Part shown: piece by piece, positions 35,971 through 46,279 of the stretch
How positions within the stretch are numbered: position 1 is the stretch's first letter
Layout of the letters: every line of letters starts with the position of its first letter
NCBI GenBank assembly: GCA_963802225.1
Contig: CAWDHZ010000014.1
Location: 4,877-68,876 of the forward strand
From: an uncultured delta proteobacterium
GTDB lineage: Bacteria > Desulfobacterota > Syntrophia > Syntrophales > UBA2192
Length of the DNA: 64,000 nt
Reading direction: 5' to 3'
Translations under genes and position numbers: made by a program
Notes under the pieces: model-generated
Told to the model about the DNA's origin: nothing
The model's database searches: none
What the model saw: the letters and a program-made list of their open reading frames with translations, nothing else

Positions 35971-37266
35971 TCAAGATTTTTTTGCCCTTAGCCTCGCCAG
36001 GATGGACTTCCCGTGGGCGTCGAGCCCTTCCATCGCGGCAAACTCCGCTGCAGCTTTCCCGTATTTCGCAAGCGATTTTGCGTCGAAGGAAAGCACGCTG
36101 ATGCGCTTCACGAAATCGTAGACCCCCAGCGGCGAGGAAAACCGTGCAGTGCCCCCCGTGGGGAGGATGTGGTTGGGACCCGCCAGGTAGTCGCCCAAGG
36201 CCTCGGGGGTATAGTGCCCGAGGAAGACGGCGCCGGCGTTGCGGATCCCGGCGAGGAGCTTCTTCGGGTCCTTCACGAGAAGCTCCAGGTGCTCCGGGGC
36301 AAAGCGGTTCGCCACCTCGACGGCCTCCGCCAGGTCCTGCGTCACGACAACGAGCCCGTAATCTCTTATCGCCTTCACGGCGATGGACTCCCGCGAGAGA
36401 AGCTTGAGCTGTGCCTTGACCTCGGCCGACACCCGTTTCGCGAGGTCCTCGTCGGGGGTCAGCAAAACGGAGCTTGCCAGTTCGTCATGCTCGGCCTGTG
36501 AGAGCAGGTCCGCCGCTGCAACAGCGGGATCGGCTGTCCTGTCCGCGATGATGAGGATCTCGCTGGGGCCCGCGATCATGTCGATCCCCGTGCGCCCGAA
36601 GACAAGCTTCTTGGCCGTGGCCACCCAGGCGTTGCCCGGCCCCACGATTTTGTCGACGGCCGGGACCGTCTCCGTCCCATAGGCCATGGCCGCCACGGCC
36701 TGGGCGCCGCCCACCTTGAAGATCCGGTCGACGCCGGCGATCTGCGCCGCTGCGACGATGATGGGATTGAGGCCCCCTCTTCCCACGGGGCTTGTCATGA
36801 TGATCTCGCGGACCCCGGCGATCGTCGCGGGAATGGCCGCCATGAGAACCGTCGAGGGATAGGACGCAAGCCCCCCCGGGGCATAGATTCCCACACGGGA
36901 AAGGGGAACGATCTTCTGGCCCAGTTCGACGCCCTCTTCCCGGTAGGACCAGGAGGCAAGGCGCTGACGCTTGTGGTATCGGTCTATGCGCTTGGCCGCA
37001 AGAGTCAGAACAGCCCGTTCCTTCTTCGTGACACTGCACAGGGCCTCCCGGATCTCGAGGGGCGAAACCTCGACGGTCCTTGCCGTCAGCGTCACGCCAT
37101 CGAAGCGCTTCGTGTAGCCGAAAAGGGCCCTGTCGCCTCTTTTCTCCACGTCTTGGAGAATGGCTGAAACCTTCTTCTCGAAGGCCGGGTCGAAGGACTT
37201 CCCGCGGTTGACGATCCTCTTGAACTCCCGCTCGAAACCCTTGTCCGATGTTTTTATGATTTTCAT
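35971..37266 (-). CDS. hisD: Histidinol dehydrogenase
   Basis: 431 aa. ...GIYAPGG.ASYPSTVLM...SQAEHDE...APEHLEL... Full-length HisD pattern. Confidence 0.95.
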   Translation of the reverse strand: MKIIKTSDKGFEREFKRIVNRGKSFDPAFEKKVSAILQDVEKRGDRALFGYTKRFDGVTLTARTVEVSPLEIREALCSVTKKERAVLTLAAKRIDRYHKRQRLASWSYREEGVELGQKIVPLSRVGIYAPGGLASYPSTVLMAAIPATIAGVREIIMTSPVGRGGLNPIIVAAAQIAGVDRIFKVGGAQAVAAMAYGTETVPAVDKIVGPGNAWVATAKKLVFGRTGIDMIAGPSEILIIADRTADPAVAAADLLSQAEHDELASSVLLTPDEDLAKRVSAEVKAQLKLLSRESIAVKAIRDYGLVVVTQDLAEAVEVANRFAPEHLELLVKDPKKLLAGIRNAGAVFLGHYTPEALGDYLAGPNHILPTGGTARFSSPLGVYDFVKRISVLSFDAKSLAKYGKAAAEFAAMEGLDAHGKSILARLRAKKS

Positions 37267-37359
37267 TCTCAGGCCCTTTGCCTTGCGATTCTCTCAGTTC
37301 GAAGAAACTCAAATCCCCCTCTTGCCCCCTTTTCCAAAGGGGGATGAACAGGAATCTTT

Positions 37360-38613
<1,254 letters not shown>

Positions 38614-38684
38614 GGTATGTTCTCCTTCGGGTTCCGACTCTCATCCTTACTATTCCCTGCGGAACGGATCAAGATTCTTCCTGA

Positions 38685-39581
38685 TCAAATTTTCCGTCTC
38701 GCGATCACCACCCGGTCGAGGCCGGCGTAGTCGACCCGGAACCGGATGTCGTCGAAGATTTTCGTTTCTTCCAGAATGGCCGCGAGAGCTGCACGCTGCT
38801 CCGCCCCCATCTCCATGAGAAGCCACCCGCCGGGCTTGAGCCTCTCGCGCGCCCCTTCAGCGATGCGGCGGTGGAACTCGGTCCCCTCGGGCCCCGCCAC
38901 GAGGGCCTGACGCGGCTCGTAGAGCGTCACCTCGCGGGCGAGTGTCGCGTACTCGGCCTCGCTGATGTAGGGCGGGTTGGAGCAGACGATGTCGAAGACC
39001 CCCTCGACACCCTCGTAGAGATCGCCCTGCAGAAAGGTGATGTTGGGGTCCGCCCCGAGGAGCCGCCTGGCATTTTCGCGGGCCACCTCGAGGGCTGTGG
39101 CCGAAAACTCCGTCGCCACGATATCCGCGTCGGGCCATTCCGACGCCACGGCGATGCAGACGGCGCCCGAGCCCGCCCCGATGTCCAGGATCCGCGGCCT
39201 TGATCCCTGGTACAAGTCACGGAGGCGGAGGACTTCCTCGACAAGGCACTCTGTCTCGGGTCTCGGCACGAGCACGGCAGGGGTTACGGTGAAGTCGAGG
39301 GACCAGAACTCGCGCCAGCCCCGGATGTAGGCCATGGGCTCACGGCGCTTGCGCCTCCCGGTCAGCACGAGGACCCGGTTGATCTGCTCGTCGTCAAGCT
39401 CGAGCGAGAGGTCCCGGTACAGATCGGCGCGTTCCTTGCCGAGGCAGAAGCCGAGCAGGACCTCGGCATCGAGCCGCGGGGTCTCGATGCCCGCCCTTTC
39501 GAACACCTCGGTGAGGCGGGAGAGAATCCGGGCGATGGAGCGTTTGTCTTCCCCTGACATCCCCTGATCCTTTCGATTCAT
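38685..39581 (-). CDS. prmC: Release-factor glutamine N5-methyltransferase
   Basis: ILDIGAGSGAV...IVCSNPPYI (NPPY motif). It lies downstream of prfA. Confidence 0.9.
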   Translation of the reverse strand: MNRKDQGMSGEDKRSIARILSRLTEVFERAGIETPRLDAEVLLGFCLGKERADLYRDLSLELDDEQINRVLVLTGRRKRREPMAYIRGWREFWSLDFTVTPAVLVPRPETECLVEEVLRLRDLYQGSRPRILDIGAGSGAVCIAVASEWPDADIVATEFSATALEVARENARRLLGADPNITFLQGDLYEGVEGVFDIVCSNPPYISEAEYATLAREVTLYEPRQALVAGPEGTEFHRRIAEGARERLKPGGWLLMEMGAEQRAALAAILEETKIFDDIRFRVDYAGLDRVVIARRKI

Positions 39582-39621
39582 CCAGGTTGCAAGTCGGATT
39601 ATCGATGGAAGATACCGTTAT

Positions 39622-39699
39622 AAAATCCTCCCCAACCCTCCTTTTTCAAAGGAGGGAGCAGGACTCCCCCTTTCGTAAAGGGGGACGGAGGGGGATTTT
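39622..39699. repeat. Nested GC-rich double-hairpin intergenic element
   Basis: The outer stem aaaatcctcccc/ggagggggatttt encloses ccctccttt-ttc-aaaggaggg (39636-39656) and ccccctttcgtaaaggggg (39666-39684). A related single hairpin lies at 37325-37343. Confidence 0.6.
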
Positions 39700-40769
39700 C
39701 AGGCCGCCGTATTTTTCAACGCCTCCGTCTGGTAATAATTCGTGAGCGCGTCGATGATCGGCTGGATATCCCCGTCCAGGATGGACTGGAAATTGTAGAG
39801 GGTGAGCCCGATGCGGTGGTCCGTCATGCGGCCCTGGGGAAAGTTGTAGGTCCGGATTCGCTCGCTGCGGTCGCCTGATCCCACCTGCTTGCGGCGGGCC
39901 TCGGACATCTGGGCGTCGCTTTCGGCCTGCATCTTGTCCAGGAGCCTCGCCCGCAGGACCTTCATGCCCTTGTTCTTGTTCTTGAGCTGGGATTTCTCGT
40001 CCTGACAGCTCACGACGAGGCCCGTGGGGATGTGGGTCAGCCGCACGGCCGAGTCCGTCGTGTTCACGCTCTGGCCGCCGTGGCCGCCCGAGCGGAAGAC
40101 ATCCACCCGGATCTCGTTGGGGTCGATATGGACCTCCACATCTTCGGCCTCGGGAAGCACGGCCACCGTGACGGCCGAGGTGTGGATCCGGCCCTGGGCC
40201 TCCGTGACGGGCACGCGCTGGACCCGGTGCACGCCGCTTTCGTACTTGAGGCGGCTGTAGGCGCCCCGGCCCTCGATCATGGCGATGACTTCCTTGAAGC
40301 CGCCCATACCCGATGCCGCGCTGGAACTCAGGACCTCCACCCTCCAGCCCGACATCTCGGCAAAGCGGGCGTACATGCGGAAAAGATCGGCGGCAAAAAG
40401 TCCCGCCTCGTCTCCGCCGGTTCCTGCCCGGATCTCCAGGATCACGTTTTTGTCGTCGTTGGGGTCCTTCGGCAGCAGCAGGACGGTGATACGCCGCTCG
40501 AGCTCCTCGACCCTCGCCTTGAGCTGGGGGATCTCCTCCTTGGCCATCTCCCGCAGCTCCTCGTCTCCTTCGCGCAGCATCTGCTGGGCCTCGTCGAGCT
40601 GACGGCCCGTTGTTTCGTAGTCCCTGAAGGCCTCGATAAGCGACGTGAGATCAGAGTGCTCCTTGGCCAGCTTCTGGTACTCGGAGCGGTTGGCGATCAC
40701 GGCGGGATCGCTCAAGAGCCTCTCCAGCTCCTCGTATCGCTTTTCAATGTCCTTGATACGCTGAAACAT
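39699..40769 (-). CDS. prfA: Peptide chain release factor 1
   Basis: PVT tripeptide region (RVPVTE) and [17 protein letters not shown] (GGQ motif). Confidence 0.95.
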   Translation of the reverse strand: MFQRIKDIEKRYEELERLLSDPAVIANRSEYQKLAKEHSDLTSLIEAFRDYETTGRQLDEAQQMLREGDEELREMAKEEIPQLKARVEELERRITVLLLPKDPNDDKNVILEIRAGTGGDEAGLFAADLFRMYARFAEMSGWRVEVLSSSAASGMGGFKEVIAMIEGRGAYSRLKYESGVHRVQRVPVTEAQGRIHTSAVTVAVLPEAEDVEVHIDPNEIRVDVFRSGGHGGQSVNTTDSAVRLTHIPTGLVVSCQDEKSQLKNKNKGMKVLRARLLDKMQAESDAQMSEARRKQVGSGDRSERIRTYNFPQGRMTDHRIGLTLYNFQSILDGDIQPIIDALTNYYQTEALKNTAA

Positions 40770-40978
40770 GTCACTCGTTTCCGTTTTTTCGTTATGGCTG
40801 ATGAAGGGGGTGCCGCTTTCGGGGCGGTCAGGGCGCGGAAAGACACCGTTTCAGTGCGCTAGAGGAAATGGCACCTCAGGTGAGGGGAAACCATCGGGCG
40901 AAGCTTCGATGTCATGGCGGTTCGTTTCGGGATGATGAGAAGGAATCGCCCCGCTGCGATCGGCAACGGGGCGTCCTG

Positions 40979-41221
40979 TTATTTCTTGGCCTTCTCTTCC
41001 TTGGCGGCTTCCTTTGATGCTTCCTGGGCGGCGTATCTCTTCTTGAATCGGTCGACGCGCCCGGCCGTGTCGATGATTTTTTGCTTGCCCGTCATGAAGG
41101 GGTGACACTTGGAGCAGATTTCGGTCTTGATGTCCTTCCGCGTCGAGCGTGTCTGGATGACGGTGCCGCAGGCACAGGTGATGGTCGTCTCTGCGTAGTC
41201 GGGGTGGATACCTTCTTTCAT
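40979..41221 (-). CDS. rpmE: 50S ribosomal protein L31 (Zn-ribbon type)
   Basis: ORF 40979..41281 trimmed to ATG 41221 (AAGGAGG upstream). MKEGIHPDY...CACG...[13 protein letters not shown]. Confidence 0.9.
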   Translation of the reverse strand: MKEGIHPDYAETTITCACGTVIQTRSTRKDIKTEICSKCHPFMTGKQKIIDTAGRVDRFKKRYAAQEASKEAAKEEKAKK

Positions 41222-41284
41222 AAAACCCTTTATCCTCCTTGCCATGGGCCCGATTTCCGACCGGACCGGCGTGTGAAGCATGGA

Positions 41285-41312
41285 AGTATAGTCAAAATTT
41301 AAGGAATTTCAA
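41285..41312 (-). promoter_or_regulatory. Sigma-70-like promoter candidate for rpmE
   Basis: The minus strand reads TTGAAA (41312-41307), a 16-nt spacer, then TATACT (41290-41285), about 60 nt upstream of the rpmE ATG. Confidence 0.35.
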
Positions 41313-41327
41313 GAAAATTCTTCCGAC

Positions 41328-41370
41328 CTTCCCTGGTCCCTGGACCCTAGACCCTGAACCCTTTCCCTGA
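41328..41370 (-). repeat. Tandem heptamer array giving six G3 tracts on the rho-sense strand
   Basis: The + strand has CCC at 41331, 41338, 41345, 41352, 41359 and 41365 (spacing 7,7,7,7,6): ccctggtccctggaccctagaccctgaaccctttccc. Confidence 0.75.
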
Positions 41371-41382
41371 GCCGCTTCGCGG

Positions 41383-42630
41383 CTACTGGCTCATCAAGTC
41401 GAAAAAGTCCTTGTTCGTCTGGGTTTTGCGCATCTTGTCGATGATGAACTCGATGGCATCGACGGGATTCATCTCCTGCAGGAGCCGGCGCAGGATCCAG
41501 ACGCGGTTCAGGTGCTCCTTCGGGGTGAGGAGCTCTTCCTTGCGCGTGCCGGAGCGGATCAGGTCGAAGGCCGGGAAGACTCTCCGGTCGGCGATCCGGC
41601 GGTCCAGGATGATTTCCATGTTGCCCGTGCCCTTGAACTCTTCGAAGATGACTTCGTCCATGCGGCTCCCCGTGTCGATGAGGGCCGTGGCGATGATGGT
41701 GAGGCTGCCGCCGAACTCGATGTTGCGGGCGGCGCCGAAGAAGCGCTTGGGCTTGTGCAGGGCGTTGGAGTCCACGCCGCCCGAGAGGACCTTGCCGCTC
41801 GGCGGAACGACGGTGTTGTAGGCGCGGGCGAGTCTCGTGATGCTGTCCAGCAGGATGACTACGTCCTTGCGGTGCTCCACGAGGCGCTTGGCCTTCTCGA
41901 TGACCATTTCGGCCACCTGGACGTGGCGGGTCGCCGGTTCGTCAAAGGTCGAGGAGATGACCTCGCCCTTGACGCTTCGCTCCATGTCCGTCACTTCCTC
42001 GGGGCGCTCGTCGATGAGCAGCACCATGAGGGTCACTTCCGGGTGGTTGGCTGCGATGCTGTTGGCGATGTCCTTGAGCAGGACCGTCTTTCCGGCCCGC
42101 GGCGGGGAGACGACCAGTGCGCGCTGACCCTTCCCGATGGGGACGAAGAGGTCCATGATCCGCGTGGAGAAGTTCTCCGGGTCGCTCTCGAGTTTCAATT
42201 TCTCGTTGGGGTACAGCGGGGTGAGGTTGTCGAAGAGGATCTTGTCCTTGATCTGGTCGGGCCCTTCGAGGTTGACGGTGTCCACCTTCAGCAGGGCGAA
42301 GTATTTCTCCCCCTCCTTGGGCGGCCTCACCTCTCCCGAAACGGTATCCCCGGTTCTCAGGCTGAAGCGCCGGATCTGCGAGGGGGAGACGTAGATGTCA
42401 TCGGGCCCGGGCAGATAGTTGTAATCGACGGCACGCAGGAAACCGAACCCGTCGGGCAGGGTCTCCAGCACCCCTTCACCGTGGATGGCCCCGTTCTTTT
42501 CGGCCTGGGTTTGTAAGATAGAGAAGATGAGGTCCTGGCGGCGCATGCCGCTTGCGCCGGGCACGTTGAGCTCCTTGGCCAGGATTGCGAGCTCGCTGAT
42601 CGGCTTTCGCTTGATCTCGACAATATTCAT
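41383..42630 (-). CDS. rho: Transcription termination factor Rho
   Basis: 415 aa with the N-terminal Rho_N, a cold-shock-like RNA-binding domain, and Walker A (PPRAGKT). The C-terminal FFDLMSQ end looks intact. Confidence 0.95.
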   Translation of the reverse strand: MNIVEIKRKPISELAILAKELNVPGASGMRRQDLIFSILQTQAEKNGAIHGEGVLETLPDGFGFLRAVDYNYLPGPDDIYVSPSQIRRFSLRTGDTVSGEVRPPKEGEKYFALLKVDTVNLEGPDQIKDKILFDNLTPLYPNEKLKLESDPENFSTRIMDLFVPIGKGQRALVVSPPRAGKTVLLKDIANSIAANHPEVTLMVLLIDERPEEVTDMERSVKGEVISSTFDEPATRHVQVAEMVIEKAKRLVEHRKDVVILLDSITRLARAYNTVVPPSGKVLSGGVDSNALHKPKRFFGAARNIEFGGSLTIIATALIDTGSRMDEVIFEEFKGTGNMEIILDRRIADRRVFPAFDLIRSGTRKEELLTPKEHLNRVWILRRLLQEMNPVDAIEFIIDKMRKTQTNKDFFDLMSQ

Positions 42631-42838
42631 GATGTTCTTCCTTAATGCTTGCGCGCGCCGGGTTCACCCCGTGGTCGCCGAAAAACGGCAGACGTAGGGA
42701 TATCCCTTTCTCATTGAAGCAGCGCGCATGGATGTGGGTGTGTTTCTAATCGTATCTCGGGATTAATTCAACGGGTAGTACGTCGAACAGTTGGGTTACT
42801 CAAGGGAAGGTCATTCAAATCCTTTTTGAGATGGCCGG

Positions 42839-42868
42839 AATTTACACCAACCCTTCCCCCCTTGTCAA
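42839..42868 (-). promoter_or_regulatory. Sigma-70-like promoter candidate ahead of the ~200-nt rho leader
   Basis: The minus strand reads TTGACA (42868-42863), an 18-nt spacer, then TAAATT (42844-42839). Confidence 0.3.
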
Positions 42869-42871
42869 GAG

Positions 42872-43693
42872 CTATTTCCCCCGCAAAAGCAGGATGAAAT
42901 TCAGGTGCCGCCCCGTCTTTGCCCCGTCCCGGCGGTGAGAAAAGAACAGGTCACTACGGCAGCAGGTGCAAAGCCCGGCGACGGATATCTGCCCCGGGGG
43001 CACGCCTTCCCGTTCGAGCTGCATCCGGTTTGCCAGCGGCAGATCGAACATCCAGCGCCCTTTTCTCAGCCCGGGCTTGAGAACCCTGTCCTCTGACCCG
43101 TGGCGGGCCATGGCCTCGAAGACGGGCTCGTCGACCTCGTAGCAGCAGGGCCCGATTGAGGGACCAATAACGGCCAACAGGTCTTCGGGCCGGGTGCAGA
43201 ACCGCTCCACCATCACCCGGACCGCCTTTGCCGCGATGGCCAGGGCCGTGCCCCGCCACCCGGCGTGGATGGCGGCGATCGCCTGCCTTCTTTTGTCGAA
43301 AAGGAGCACCGGCGCGCAATCAGCCGTTTTGATCCCGATGGCCACACCGGGCCTGTCCGTTACAATTGCGTCGTACTGCCTGTTTTCCAGGGAATGGCAG
43401 GAACCCGCATCCTCGATGATCAAAAACTTCTCACCGTGAACCTGGTTGACGACAAAGAACTGCTCGCAGGGTATTCCGAAGGCAGCGGCAAGCCGCTGCC
43501 AGTTCATGCGGACTTGCTCCGGAGGGTCTCCCTCCCGGGGGCTGAAGTTGAGGGTGGCATAAGGACCGCCGCTCACACCCCCGATACGCGTGCAAAACCC
43601 GTGCAAGATGGAGGGAAATTGCGAAAGTTCTTCACTTTGCAGGACTGTTATGGGGTCTTTGCGGAGCAGCTTGAGCATATACCCTGGGGGCAT
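42872..43693 (-). CDS. pgeF: YfiH/PgeF-family (DUF152) purine-nucleoside phosphorylase / peptidoglycan editing factor
   Basis: HGFCTRIGGVS..PYATLN...VNQVHG...TADCAPVLL...HAGWRG...CTCC. The start may be the second ATG (43678). Confidence 0.8.
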   Translation of the reverse strand: MPPGYMLKLLRKDPITVLQSEELSQFPSILHGFCTRIGGVSGGPYATLNFSPREGDPPEQVRMNWQRLAAAFGIPCEQFFVVNQVHGEKFLIIEDAGSCHSLENRQYDAIVTDRPGVAIGIKTADCAPVLLFDKRRQAIAAIHAGWRGTALAIAAKAVRVMVERFCTRPEDLLAVIGPSIGPCCYEVDEPVFEAMARHGSEDRVLKPGLRKGRWMFDLPLANRMQLEREGVPPGQISVAGLCTCCRSDLFFSHRRDGAKTGRHLNFILLLRGK

Positions 43694-43781
43694 AAGGCTT
43701 ATGGCGTAGGGCTTATGGCAAGATCATCCGTTTCCGTCTTTTCTTTCTTTGCCTTAAGCCTTTAGCCCTAAGCCTTTTGCC
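43693..43781. repeat. Inverted pair of tandem heptamer arrays (TANGGCN x4 at 43693-43722; GCCYTWW x4 at 43751-43781)
   Basis: taaggcttatggcgtagggcttatggcaag ... gccttaagcctttagccctaagccttttgcc. The arms are 21/26 complementary. The right arm contains the rluD TAG (43768-43770). Confidence 0.7.
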
Positions 43782-44737
43782 ACTTCCTTAGAAAATCGAT
43801 CACCTCGGCCAGATCCGCCGGCAGCGGCGACTCGAACGCCATCTCCTCTCCCGTTACGGGGTGCAGGAAGGAGAGGCGGCTGGCGTGGAGGGCCTGGCGC
43901 GAGAGTTTCTTCAACACCGCCCGCAATGCCGGGCTCTCGACGGCCCGCTTCGTGGCGCCGTAGACGCTGTCCCCGGCGACGGGGTGCCCGAGGGCGCTCA
44001 GGTGCACGCGGATCTGGTGCGTGCGGCCCGTCTCGATCTTCGCCTCGAGGAGGGTGAAGGCGCCGAAGCGCTCCAGGACCCTCCAGCGCGTGAGGGCCGC
44101 CTTTCCCCGGCGGCTTGCCGTGGACATTTTCTTTCGCTCCACGGGGTGACGCCCCACGGGGGCATCGGCGACGCCTTCGTTCTCGCGGAGATTGCCGTGC
44201 ACCAGGGCGGTGTAGCGCTTGGAGACCTGGCGCCTCTTGAACTGCTCCGCAAGATGCCTGTGCGCCTCGTCGGACTTGGCCGCCACCATGAGGCCCGAGG
44301 TCCCCTTGTCGAGTCGGTGGACGATCCCGGGCCGCATCACCCCGCCAATCCCCGAGAGGTTCCGGCAGTGGTACTGCAGGGCATTCACGAGGGTGCCGCT
44401 GTAATTGCCCGCTGCGGGGTGGACGACCATGCCGGCGGGCTTGTCGACGACGATGATCGCCCCGTCCTCATAGAGAATGTGGAGGGGGATCGCCTCGGGA
44501 ACGATCTCGGAAGGAACCGGGGGCGGCTTGCGAAAGGAGACCTTCTCGCCGTGGTTTCAGGCGGTGGCTCGCCCTCACGGGCTCCCCGTCAACGATTGCA
44601 TCCCCGTCCTCGATGAGACGCTTGGCCTGGGAGCGCGAGAGGGTCGGGTCCTTCTGCGGCAAAAAGACATCCAGCCTCAGGCCCTGCTCGTCCTCGGCGA
44701 CGATGAACTCCGACCGCTTTCCCTCTTCCTGTGTCAT
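43768..44737 (-). pseudogene. rluD: 23S rRNA pseudouridine synthase RluD, interrupted by a 1-nt frameshift near 44551-44554
   Basis: ORF 44468..44737 holds the S4 domain (...LSRSQAKRLIEDGDAIVDGEPVRASHRLKP). ORF 43768..44430 holds the catalytic core (HRLDKGTSGLMV...). Hand translation in the third frame restores GEKVSFRKPPPVPSEIVPEAIPLHILYEDGAIIVVDKPAGMVVHP across the gap. Confidence 0.8.
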
Positions 44738-46155
44738 CCCTTCTCACGCGCAGCCAGGACGGCCCTCAGGGCGTTGCGGACCTCGGGGAGCTCCTGTGCG
44801 GCCAGGGTCCGGGGGTCGAAGAGAATCTCGTCCCCGGCGATCCGGGCCACGACGGGCACGGGGAGGGCCCTGAGCTTCTCGTCGATGCGGGCAGCCGACA
44901 ACTTCTCGGAGCGAAGGGCGACCAGCACGGTGGGGATCTGCTGCGTCGGCAGCGACCCGCCTCCGGACATGGAGAATCCCTTCTTCAGGGCGAGCGTGAC
45001 ACCGGGGAAATTCTCTTTCTTCAACGTCTGCAGGAGCCTTCTTGCCCGACGGGTGGCGGCCTCGACGGGTTCCGTGAGCGCCGTGAGCGAGCGCAGCCCC
45101 GCAATGGCCTCCTGCTCGTTCAGGTAGAGCTTCGCCGTTGCCTCCAGCGCTGCGAGGGTCAGCTTGTCGATGCGAAGGGCCCGGTTCAGCGGGTTTTTCC
45201 TGATGCTTTCCAGCTGGTCTTTCTTTCCGACAATGATCCCCGCCTGGGGACCGCCGAGGAGCTTGTCGCCGCTGAAGGTGATCACGTCGGCCCCCTCCTT
45301 CACGGCATCTCCCACGGTGGGCTCGCGCTGCAGACCGTACTTCTCCAGTCGGATGAAACAGCCGCTTCCCAGGTCGTTCATCACGGGGATCCCGTGACGG
45401 CGGCCCAGCGTGACCAGTTCCGGCACGGGGACCTCTTCGGTGAAGCCCACGATCCGGAAGTTGCTCGTGTGGACCTTCATGATCAGGGCCGTGTTCTCGT
45501 TGACGGCCTTCTCGTAGTCGGACAGGTGGGTACGGTTCGTGGCCCCGACCTCGCGCAGGACGGCACCGCTTCGCTCCATGACCTCGGGGATGCGGAACTC
45601 GCCGCCGATCTCGATGAGCTCGCCCCGCGACACGATGGCTTCCCGGCCCCGGGCAAGGGTGCTCAGGACGAGCAGTACCGCCGCGGCGTTGTTGTTGACG
45701 ACGAGGGCGTCCTCGGCCCCCGTGAGCTCGCAGAGAATCTCCCGGATGTGGTCGTACCGCAACCCCCGTTTGCCCGAGGCGAGGTCGAACTCCACGTTGG
45801 AGTAGCCCCGGCTCACCTCGACGATGCGCTCCAGGGCCTCTTTGCAAAGAGGCGCCCGCCCGAGGTTCGTGTGGAGGATGATGCCTGTGGCATTGATCAC
45901 GCGCCGCAGGCTGTACTCGTGGAGCCGCTCGATGCGGGCCGCAGCGGCATCGGCTGCGGATTCATTCGAGGGGACCGAAGCGGCATCCCAGGAGCCCGTA
46001 AGGATTGCAGAGCGGATCCCGGCCACGACCTCCCGGATCGACTCGAGGACTTTTTCCCGGGGGGCCCTTTCGAGGGTTCCGCGCTTCTCGAGAAGAACGA
46101 GGACCTCGTCGATCTTGGGCAGGCTCTTCAGGAGGCTCTTCTGACGCTCATCCAT
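44734..46155 (-). CDS. selA: L-seryl-tRNA(Sec) selenium transferase
   Basis: 473 aa. RRVINATGIILHTNLGRAPL...TFSGDKLLGGPQAGIIVGKK (PLP lysine region). Confidence 0.9.
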   Translation of the reverse strand: MDERQKSLLKSLPKIDEVLVLLEKRGTLERAPREKVLESIREVVAGIRSAILTGSWDAASVPSNESAADAAAARIERLHEYSLRRVINATGIILHTNLGRAPLCKEALERIVEVSRGYSNVEFDLASGKRGLRYDHIREILCELTGAEDALVVNNNAAAVLLVLSTLARGREAIVSRGELIEIGGEFRIPEVMERSGAVLREVGATNRTHLSDYEKAVNENTALIMKVHTSNFRIVGFTEEVPVPELVTLGRRHGIPVMNDLGSGCFIRLEKYGLQREPTVGDAVKEGADVITFSGDKLLGGPQAGIIVGKKDQLESIRKNPLNRALRIDKLTLAALEATAKLYLNEQEAIAGLRSLTALTEPVEAATRRARRLLQTLKKENFPGVTLALKKGFSMSGGGSLPTQQIPTVLVALRSEKLSAARIDEKLRALPVPVVARIAGDEILFDPRTLAAQELPEVRNALRAVLAAREKG

Positions 46156-46236
46156 CTCACGACCTCGCTCGGCATATCATCTCGTCACCCCTCACAAGAT
46201 AGCACAAAAGCTTTCCGCACTATTCTGTTTTTTCCC

Positions 46237-46279
46237 GATGCCCGAAGCCTGTTGCCTGGAGCCTGCCGCGAAGCGGCTA
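46237..46279 (-). repeat. Four heptamers (GNNGCCY) plus a 13-nt GC hairpin abutting the stop codon of the HemN-like gene
   Basis: gatgccc gaagcct gttgcct ggagcct gccgcgaagcggc-ta. The same hairpin with stop arrangement (gccgcttcgcggc-ta) occurs at the rho stop (41371-41385). Confidence 0.65.

Noticed and set aside
41328-41370. Tandem heptamer/nonamer arrays (also 354-429, 43693-43781, 46237-46264, 57183-57217, 58705-58850) considered as CRISPR arrays
   Set aside because: The units are 7-9 nt, contiguous and spacerless. No cas genes are present. They are not CRISPR.
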